Positions 56,628 through 64,000 of a stretch of 64,000 bases of DNA are shown here, piece by piece. This DNA is from Candidatus Methylomirabilota bacterium (GTDB lineage: Bacteria; Methylomirabilota; Methylomirabilia; Rokubacteriales; CSP1-6), in contig DASRHC010000004.1 in NCBI GenBank assembly GCA_035650715.1, forward strand, positions 1,318 through 65,317, in the 5' to 3' direction. Numbering within the stretch: the stretch's first letter is position 1; the number at the start of each line of letters is the position of its first letter. The position numbers and the translations under genes were made by a program. The notes beneath the pieces are model-generated. The model ran no database searches, was not told the origin of the DNA, and saw only the letters and a program-made list of their open reading frames with translations.

Positions 56628-56715
56628 GGAGGCGGGGAGGGCGGGGGCGGCGGGCCCGGTGAGTGGGGTACCGAACAAGGGCGCGCCACCCGCCGCCCCC
56701 GCCCTCCCCGCCTCC
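56628..56715. repeat. Perfect 27-bp-arm G/C palindrome (arms 56628-56654 / 56689-56715, 34-nt loop) just 3' of cimA
   Basis: GGAGGCGGGGAGGGCGGGGGCGGCGGG and its exact reverse complement. 25 of 27 pairs are G:C. No U-tract follows. Confidence 0.9.
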
Positions 56716-56722
56716 TATCGCT

Positions 56723-58318
<1,596 letters not shown>

Positions 58319-58350
58319 GGAGGGTCAATCATCCCGCCCCGTCCCGGCGG

Positions 58351-59103
58351 GTGTCAAGATATGCTCGGCGGGTGATCCCGGCCCTGATGGCGGCGGTGGT
58401 GCTCGTGGCAGGCCTCGTGAAGGGCGCCATCGGGTTCGGCTTCCCGTCCCTGGCCACCCCGCTCCTGAGCCTGGCGGTGAGCGTGAAGATCGCGGTGGTG
58501 GTGCTGATCCTGCCCAACATCGTGATGGACGGCATCCAGTTCGCGCGCCGCGGCACGCCGCTCGCCACCGTGCGCCGCTTCTGGCCCCTGCTCGTGTCCG
58601 GCGGGGTGGGCATGGTGGTCGGGACCCGCGTGCTGACCCTGCTCTCCCCCGCCGCGGCGGGCCTCGTCCTGGGCGTGTTCGTCCTGCTCTTCGTGGGGCT
58701 GAACGTGGCCGGCCTCGCCCCCGAGATCCCGGTCGCCTGGGAGCCGTGGCTGTCACCCACCGCCGGCTTCGTGGCCGGCGTGATCGGCGGGGTGACCAAC
58801 TCCCCCGGCACCGCGCTCGTGCTCTACTTCCACGGCATCGGCCTCGCCAAGCACGAGTTCATCGGATCGGTGGCCTTCACGTTCTTCTTCTACAAGCTGG
58901 TCCAGCTGGGCGCGGTGGCGTGGTACGGGCTCCTGCCCTGGCCGTTGCTGGCGCTCTCGGTGGGGCTCACCGCGGTGGCGCTGGGCGGGTTCGCGGTCGG
59001 CCTGCGCGTGCAGGACCGGCTGGATCAGCGGGCCTTCAACCGCGCGGTGCTCGTCTTCCTGGCCGCCCTCGGGGCGTGGCTCTTGATCCGCAACGTCGGC
59101 TGA
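58351..59103 (+). CDS. TauE/SafE-family anion exporter membrane protein
   Basis: About 8 TM with 'VKGAIGFGFP' and 'VIGGVTNSPGT' repeats. Alternative GTG at 58372. Confidence 0.75.
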   Translation: MSRYARRVIPALMAAVVLVAGLVKGAIGFGFPSLATPLLSLAVSVKIAVVVLILPNIVMDGIQFARRGTPLATVRRFWPLLVSGGVGMVVGTRVLTLLSPAAAGLVLGVFVLLFVGLNVAGLAPEIPVAWEPWLSPTAGFVAGVIGGVTNSPGTALVLYFHGIGLAKHEFIGSVAFTFFFYKLVQLGAVAWYGLLPWPLLALSVGLTAVALGGFAVGLRVQDRLDQRAFNRAVLVFLAALGAWLLIRNVG

Positions 59104-59161
59104 TCCCGGAGCCGGTCAGGCCGGCCACCCTCGGCTGATCCGGGAGTCGGTCAGGCCGGCC
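59097..59161. repeat. 30-nt direct repeat, two copies with 35-nt period (2 mismatches), at the convergent tauE/maoC junction
   Basis: CGGCTGATCCCGGAGCCGGTCAGGCCGGCC versus CGGCTGATCCGGGAGTCGGTCAGGCCGGCC. Copy 1 holds the tauE stop and copy 2 holds the MaoC stop. Confidence 0.85.
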
Positions 59162-59564
59162 GCATCGTGTAGGTCCAGCACTCCCCCTCGAGCAGGGTCA
59201 CGCCGTCCTGGTTGGTGATGGTGGCGCGCAGCTGGCACACCGGCTTGTCGGGCTTGAGCGAGAGCACCTCGACCTCCGCGGTGAGCGTGTCGCCCAGGTA
59301 CGTCGGCGCGAGGTACTTGAGCGACTGGCTCATGAACACCGTCCCCGCCCCGGGCAGGTCCATCGCGACCAGCGCGTTCAGCATGCCGGCCGCGATGCCG
59401 CCCTGGGCCACCAGGCGGCCGAAGCGGGTGCGGGCCGCGAAGTCGGCGTCGAAGTGCAGCGGGTTGCGATCCCCCGTGATCTGCGCGTAGAGCTCGACCT
59501 CGCGCGCGGTGACGGTCTGGGTGCGGCGCGCCTTCTGGCCGACCTCGAGCCCGAGCGGCCCCAT
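59151..59564 (-). CDS. MaoC-like (R)-specific enoyl-CoA hydratase, single hot-dog
   Basis: 'YAQITGDRNPLHFD' hydratase motif. 137 aa. Confidence 0.8.
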   Translation of the reverse strand: MGPLGLEVGQKARRTQTVTAREVELYAQITGDRNPLHFDADFAARTRFGRLVAQGGIAAGMLNALVAMDLPGAGTVFMSQSLKYLAPTYLGDTLTAEVEVLSLKPDKPVCQLRATITNQDGVTLLEGECWTYTMRPA

Positions 59565-59579
59565 GGATTCCGCCGGGGC

Positions 59580-60839
59580 TCAGACCACGCCGGCGGCGCG
59601 CAGCTTCTCCACGCGCGCGCGCGGCATGCGCAGGATCCTGGTGAGCACCTCGTCGGTGTGCTGGCCCAGGAGCGGGGGCGCCGCCTGCGCCGCACCGGGC
59701 GTGTCGTGCAGCCGCACCGGCACGCCCATCACGGTGATCGAGCCCGCCTTGGGATGCGGCAGCGACACCAGCATCCCGCGGGCCCGGAGGTGCGCGCTCT
59801 CGCACACCTCGGCCACGCTCTTGATGCGCCCCGCGGGCACGCCCGCCTTGTCGAGGCGGGCGAGCCACTCGTCGGCGGGGCGGGCGCCCAGGATCTCGTT
59901 GAGGAGCGGCACCAGCACCTTGCGATTCGCCACCCGGTTGGCCTCGGTGTCGAAGCGCGGGTCCTTGATGAGGTCCGGCCGGTCGAGCGCCTTGCAGGTA
60001 CGCTCCCAGAGCGAGTTGTTGGCCACGCCGAGCGTGATGTAGACGTCCTGCGCCTTGAACACCTCGTAGGGGACGATCGAGGGATGCTCGTTGCCCCGCC
60101 GCGTGGGCCGGCCGCCCGCGTTCCAGTAGAGGCCCGCCTGGTAGGTGAGCAGCGAGGCCATCACGTCGAGCATGCCGATCTCGACCTTCTGCCCGCGTCC
60201 GGTCTGGGTCCGGCTCAGCAGCGCCAGCGTGATGCCCTGCACCGCGGCCATCCCGGCCACCAGGTCGCCGATCGAGTTGCCCACCTTCACCGGCGGCCCG
60301 TCCGGGAAGCCGGTGATGTCCATCACGCCGGACTCGCCCTGCACGATCAGATCGTAGCCCGGCCGGTGCGCCTCGGGCCCGCTCTCCCCGAAGCCCGAAA
60401 TGGAGCAGTAGATGAGGCGCGGATTGGTCTTGCGTAGCGCCTCGTAGCCGAAGCCGAGCCGCTCCATGGTGCCGGGCCGGAAGTTCTCCACCACCACGTC
60501 GGCGGAGGCGAGCAGGCGGCGCAGGATGTCCTGCCCCTCCGGGGTCTTGAGATCCAGCGCGAGGCTCTTCTTGTTGCGGTTGACCGACAGGAAGTACGTG
60601 GCCTCGCCGTTGACGAACGGCGGCCAGCCGCGGGTGTCGTCGCCCTTGCCGGGCTCCTCGACCTTGATCACCTCCGCCCCCATGTCGCCGAGCGACATCG
60701 TGCAGAAGGGCCCGGCCAGCACGCGCGTCATGTCGATCACGCGGACGCCGGAGAGCGGCGGCCGGGCGCGGCGGGCCGCGGCGGAGCGCGAGGCCCGGCG
60801 CGGAGCGGTCTTTGGGGAGCTAGCCTTGGTCTTGGCCAC
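59580..60839 (-). CDS. Family III CoA-transferase (CaiB/BaiF/Frc type)
   Basis: 'VRVIDMTRVLAGPFCTMSLGDMGAEVIKVE'. GTG 60839 is preceded by AGGAGG. The longer ORF start at 60872 overlaps more of the upstream gene. Confidence 0.85.
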   Translation of the reverse strand: MAKTKASSPKTAPRRASRSAAARRARPPLSGVRVIDMTRVLAGPFCTMSLGDMGAEVIKVEEPGKGDDTRGWPPFVNGEATYFLSVNRNKKSLALDLKTPEGQDILRRLLASADVVVENFRPGTMERLGFGYEALRKTNPRLIYCSISGFGESGPEAHRPGYDLIVQGESGVMDITGFPDGPPVKVGNSIGDLVAGMAAVQGITLALLSRTQTGRGQKVEIGMLDVMASLLTYQAGLYWNAGGRPTRRGNEHPSIVPYEVFKAQDVYITLGVANNSLWERTCKALDRPDLIKDPRFDTEANRVANRKVLVPLLNEILGARPADEWLARLDKAGVPAGRIKSVAEVCESAHLRARGMLVSLPHPKAGSITVMGVPVRLHDTPGAAQAAPPLLGQHTDEVLTRILRMPRARVEKLRAAGVV

Positions 60840-61254
60840 GGGGCCTCCTGTTCCAGACGCCTTTGACGACACTCTTGCCGATGGCGGCGATGCGCTCGCC
60901 GCGCGCCCCGGCGCGCCGCCAGAAGAGGCGCGCCCGGTCCGTGAACCCCATGTTCGAGAAGTAGTACACCGCGTCGACCGCCTCCACCGAGACCCGGGAG
61001 CCGATCTTGACCCCCTCGGTGGCGGTGCCGTGGCAGAAGAGCCGCGCGCCGCCCTCCAGCTCCACCAGGGCCAGGTGCAGCGGGGCCCGGAAGCCTTCGG
61101 GCGGCGAGTGCAGCGTGGTGAACGACACCACCTCGCCCAGCGGGGGGAGCGCCGCGGCCTCCATCTTCACCGGGTGATCCGGGCAGAGGCTCGCCGGCGG
61201 CACCACCATGCGACGGCAGCGCGGGCAGCGGGAGGCCGGCAGCTCCTGGGCCAT
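60820..61254 (-). CDS. DUF35 Zn-ribbon/OB-fold protein (thiolase partner)
   Basis: 'CPRCRR...CPDH' rubredoxin-like knuckle plus OB fold. 1-nt overlap with the thiolase stop. Confidence 0.8.
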   Translation of the reverse strand: MAQELPASRCPRCRRMVVPPASLCPDHPVKMEAAALPPLGEVVSFTTLHSPPEGFRAPLHLALVELEGGARLFCHGTATEGVKIGSRVSVEAVDAVYYFSNMGFTDRARLFWRRAGARGERIAAIGKSVVKGVWNRRPRGQDQG

Positions 61255-62393
61255 CAGCGGCGCACCTCCACCAGCGTCACCCAGTTGTTGGTGGCGAGCC
61301 CACCGATGGACTGAGCGAGCCCCACGCGCGCGGGGACCTGCCGGCCCTCCGCGGTGCCGCGGAGCTGCCAGGTGAGCTCCACGAGCTGCGAGATGCCGGT
61401 GGCCGCCAGCGGATGGCCGCGGGCCTTGAGGCCGCCGGACGGGTTCACCGGCAGCCGCCCACCCAGCGCGGTCTCGCCGTCGAGCGTGGCGCGCCCGGCC
61501 TTGCCGGGCGGCACCAGACCGGTGTCCTCCAGCGAGATCAGCTCGAACGGGGTGAAGGCGTCGTGGATCTCGGCCACCTCCACCCGCTCGGCGCCGAAGC
61601 CGGCCATGCGGTAGGCGGCCTGGGCCGCGGCCTGGGTGGCCGCGAACGTGGTGAGGTCGCTCCGGTAGCGCACCGCGATCGTGTCGGCCCCCTGCCCGAT
61701 GCCCGCGATCCGCACCCGGCGGGGCCAGCCCGCCGCGTCCGAGGTCAGCAGCAGCGCGGCGGCGCCGTCGGAGATCGGGCAGCAGTGAAAGAGCCGCAGC
61801 GGGTCGGCCACCAGCCGGCTCTCCATCACCGCCTCCAGCTTCACCGGCTCCTGGAAGTGGGCGAAGGGGTTGAGGGCGCCGTGGGCGTGGTTCTTGACCG
61901 CGACCTGCGAGATCTCGCGCAGGGTGACGCCGCGCCGGTGCATCAGCGCGCGCGTGATGAGCCCGGCCAGCGCCGGCATCGTCGTGCCGTAGCTCCGCTC
62001 GTGGGCGTCGATGGAGCGGCCGATGATCTCGGAGGCCCGCGGCGTCGCCATGTGGGTCATCTTCTCGCCGCCCACCACCAGGACCGACCGGTGCAGCCCC
62101 GACGCGATGGCCGCGAAGGCCGCGTACACCGCGGCGACCCCCGAGGAGGTGGCGGTCTCGACCCGGATCGCGGGCACGCGGGAGAGGCCGAGGCGGGTGC
62201 CCAGCAGCGAGCCGTAGTTGCCTTCCCCGGTGAACTCCTCCGGGTTCATCGCGGCCACCACCAGCGCGTCCGGCTGCTCCACGCCGGCGTCCCTCATGGC
62301 GATCAGCGCCGCCTCGGCCATGAGGTCGGGGAGGTTCTCGTCGCGCCGTCCGAAGCGGGTCATGCCCGCTCCGGCGATCCACACGTCGGTCAC
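61254..62393 (-). CDS. Thiolase-superfamily protein (SCP-x / lipid-transfer type)
   Basis: 'VWIAGAGMTRFG', 'TATSSG', 'CCPISDGAAALLL', 'NPSGGL'. Confidence 0.85.
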   Translation of the reverse strand: MTDVWIAGAGMTRFGRRDENLPDLMAEAALIAMRDAGVEQPDALVVAAMNPEEFTGEGNYGSLLGTRLGLSRVPAIRVETATSSGVAAVYAAFAAIASGLHRSVLVVGGEKMTHMATPRASEIIGRSIDAHERSYGTTMPALAGLITRALMHRRGVTLREISQVAVKNHAHGALNPFAHFQEPVKLEAVMESRLVADPLRLFHCCPISDGAAALLLTSDAAGWPRRVRIAGIGQGADTIAVRYRSDLTTFAATQAAAQAAYRMAGFGAERVEVAEIHDAFTPFELISLEDTGLVPPGKAGRATLDGETALGGRLPVNPSGGLKARGHPLAATGISQLVELTWQLRGTAEGRQVPARVGLAQSIGGLATNNWVTLVEVRR

Positions 62394-62424
62394 GGGCCCA
62401 TTTCAACCGGCCCGTGCGCGGGTG

Positions 62425-62745
62425 TCAAGGCAGCGCGGCGGGCGCCTCTCCGCGGCGCGGCGGCGTCGCGGGCGGCGGCACGCGGATCTCGAACTCGCGG
62501 ATGAGGCGCAGGAGATACGTGCGCTGCAGTCCCAGGGCGCGGGCCGCGCGCGTGCGGTTGCCGCCGGCCTGGGTGAGCGTGGCCTCGAGCAGGCGCCGCT
62601 TGAAGTCGGAGACCGCGCCGTGGAAGCCGGGCAGCGGGCGCGCGGGCGCCTCGGGCGCCGACCCGGCGCTCGAGAGGCCCTTGGGCAGGCGCGGCAGCGA
62701 GGGACGGGGAGCGGGCTCGGGAGCGGGCAGCAGGATGGTCGTCAT
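62425..62745 (-). CDS. Small Fis-type helix-turn-helix DNA-binding protein with Pro-rich N-terminus
   Basis: 'AGGNRTRAARALGLQRTYLLRLIREF' (HTH_8 pattern). Confidence 0.6.
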   Translation of the reverse strand: MTTILLPAPEPAPRPSLPRLPKGLSSAGSAPEAPARPLPGFHGAVSDFKRRLLEATLTQAGGNRTRAARALGLQRTYLLRLIREFEIRVPPPATPPRRGEAPAALP

Positions 62746-62891
62746 GCCGGCGTCTCATCGCAAGCGATGTGCCACGCGCCCTCCGCGCCGCGCGCGCGAA
62801 ACGCGCGCGACATTCGCGCGCCGTCGGACCGGCCGTGCACCGGTGCGTGTGCAGGGCTCGGCGGGCGCTGCCGCCGGCCGTGGGCACGCAC

Positions 62892-62925
62892 AAAAAAATC
62901 GGGAACCCGCCGCGCGCGGGTTCCC
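62892..62925 (-). terminator. Intrinsic terminator after the ferredoxin gene
   Basis: On the minus strand: GGGAACCCGC-GCGCG-GCGGGTTCCC followed by GATTTTTTTG. Confidence 0.75.
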
Positions 62926-62952
62926 GGTGACTGACGATCGGTCGCGAGTGGG

Positions 62953-63219
62953 CTAGGACTTGGTGGCCGGCTTGACGCCCGGGTTGTCCTTGAAGAACTG
63001 CTTGTTCAGCTCGATGAAGTGCTTCCAGTTGGCCGGCGTCTCGTCCTCCGCGAAGATGGCCTTGACCGGGCAGACCGGCTCGCACGCGCCGCAGTCGATG
63101 CACTCATCCGGGTGGATGTAGAGCATCGTGTCGCCCTCGTAGATGCAATCCACGGGGCAGACTTCGACGCAGGCCTTGTCCTTCACGTTGATGCAGGGTT
63201 CAGCGATGATATACGCCAT
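62953..63219 (-). CDS. fdxA: Ferredoxin, 7Fe/2x[Fe-S] FdxA-like
   Basis: 'CVEVCPVDCI' and 'CIDCGACEPVCP' cluster motifs. 88 aa. Confidence 0.9.
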   Translation of the reverse strand: MAYIIAEPCINVKDKACVEVCPVDCIYEGDTMLYIHPDECIDCGACEPVCPVKAIFAEDETPANWKHFIELNKQFFKDNPGVKPATKS

Positions 63220-63270
63220 TCCGGCCTCCTGTTAACTGCAACCCGGGGGAAACGGTCCGAAACCCAAGTA

Positions 63271-63299
63271 CTTCTACCAACTTGCACAACAGGTGTCAA
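63271..63299 (-). promoter_or_regulatory. Promoter for the ferredoxin gene (TTGACA-17-TAGAAG)
   Basis: Read on the minus strand in an AT-richer intergenic region. AGGAGG Shine-Dalgarno lies before the ATG. Confidence 0.55.
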
Positions 63300-63315
63300 G
63301 AATGTTCCGCCCGTC

Positions 63316-64000
63316 CTAGAGCGTGCGGAGCTTGGGGTCGAGGGCGTCCCGCAGGGAGTCGCCGAAGAGGTTGAACGCGAACACCGCGAGGCTGATCGCG
63401 AGGCCCGGGAAGAGCGCCATCCAGGGCGCGGCCTCCGCGAAATCCACCGCCGCGCCGCGGAGCATGAGCCCCCAGGCGGGCGTGGGCTCCTGCACCCCGA
63501 GCCCCAGGAACGACAGCGACGACTCGAGCAGGATGGCCTGGCTGAGGAACGCGGTGAGCATGATCAGATACGGGGCGACCACGTTCGGCAGCATGTGCCG
63601 GAGGATGATGCGCAGGTGGCCGAAGCCCGCCGCCCTCGCGGCATCGACGTACGGCATCTCCCGGATCGTCAGCGCCGAGGAGCGGATGACCAGCGCGGCG
63701 CGGGGGATCATGGGGATCGTGATGGCCATGATCACGTTCGGGATGGTGTTGCCCAGGATCGCCACCAGCGCGAGCGCGAGGATGATCAGCGGGAACGACA
63801 GGAAGACATCCATCAGCCGCTGCAGGTAGAGGTCCACGCGCCCGCCGAAGTACGCGCTGCCCACCCCGAGCACCGCACCCACGGTGGCCCCGATCATCGC
63901 GGCCCCGAAGCCCACCAGCAGCGCGGTGCGCGAGCCGAAGATGAGCCGCGAGAGCACGTCGCGCCCGAAGGCGTCGGTGCCGAGCCAGTGGGCCGCGCTC
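63316..64000 (-). CDS. Peptide/nickel ABC transporter permease (DppC/OppC-like), 5' end beyond the window
   Basis: Frame stays open to nt 64000 ('HWLGTDAFGRDVLSRLIFG'). EAA-type loop 'SALTIREMPYVDAARAAG'. Confidence 0.85.
   Translation of the reverse strand, partial: SAAHWLGTDAFGRDVLSRLIFGSRTALLVGFGAAMIGATVGAVLGVGSAYFGGRVDLYLQRLMDVFLSFPLIILALALVAILGNTIPNVIMAITIPMIPRAALVIRSSALTIREMPYVDAARAAGFGHLRIILRHMLPNVVAPYLIMLTAFLSQAILLESSLSFLGLGVQEPTPAWGLMLRGAAVDFAEAAPWMALFPGLAISLAVFAFNLFGDSLRDALDPKLRTL

Noticed and set aside
59580-60872. 430-aa version of the CoA-transferase with a Lys/Ser/Ala-rich N-terminal tail starting at 60872
   Set aside because: GTG 60839 has an AGGAGG site at ideal spacing and reduces the overlap with the upstream DUF35 gene from 53 to 20 nt. 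The longer form is not excluded.

Overview
Densely coding, very GC-rich bacterial chromosomal segment (over 70% GC by eye, not computed). I recognised no rRNA, tRNA, CRISPR array, transposase, integrase or reverse transcriptase. There are about 70 protein genes. Roughly 17 gene junctions are 4-nt GTGA/ATGA start/stop overlaps and several more overlap by 1 nt. I used these junctions, plus Shine-Dalgarno sites, to place real starts inside the over-long six-frame ORFs.

Gene content, left to right:
1. A 5'-truncated secreted caspase-family protein and a secreted TPR protein.
2. A minus-strand signalling block: solute-binding protein, REC-PP2C phosphatase and a 1367-aa soluble multi-GAF/PAS hybrid histidine kinase. 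Upstream of these lie a methyltransferase, a HAD hydrolase, a TRASH/YHS mini-protein and a 78-aa unknown.
3. A NUDIX hydrolase.
4. A minus-strand putative amine-catabolic block: a glutamine-synthetase-like ligase, two SDRs, a cupin and an ABC importer. recQ is wedged between the importer's binding-protein and ATPase genes.
5. An M50 protease, a domain-only degenerate RNase III, and the canonical yceD-rpmF-plsX-fabH-fabD-fabG-acpP-fabF operon.
6. htpX.
7. A complete System I cytochrome c maturation cluster, ccmABCDEFGHI.
8. An 11-gene type II secretion cluster (gspE-F-G-H-I-J-K-L-M, a GspC/PilP-like gene, gspD) with a lipoprotein secretin.
9. ligA, a TPR/HEAT protein, an RraA-like protein and a GNAT.
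10. A three-gene cassette (DinB-like, MBL-fold, deazaflavin-type nitroreductase-like).
11. A two-subunit Fe-S hydro-lyase, citramalate synthase, TauE, MaoC, a family III CoA-transferase, DUF35, a thiolase, a Fis-type HTH protein, a ferredoxin and a truncated peptide ABC permease.

The most interesting signal is a repeat family with distinguishable left and right ends. All four copies share a perfectly conserved 27-nt core. The two left-end copies are identical over 29 nt and the two right-end copies over 32 nt. The ends occur once as an 85-bp hairpin (22207-22291). They occur again, in the same left/right polarity, bracketing the 2.3-kb three-gene cassette (52514-54815), with no transposase in the window. 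I read this as a candidate non-autonomous IR-bounded cassette plus its empty miniature form. This is inference; no search could be run.

Secondary observations:
- An unrelated 27-bp-arm G/C palindrome lies after cimA.
- The RNase III-like protein lacks two of the four metal-binding acidic residues and has no dsRBD.
- CcmG has a CxxxC active site instead of CxxC.
- Several promoters look leaderless.
- There are three short tandem duplications at gene junctions.
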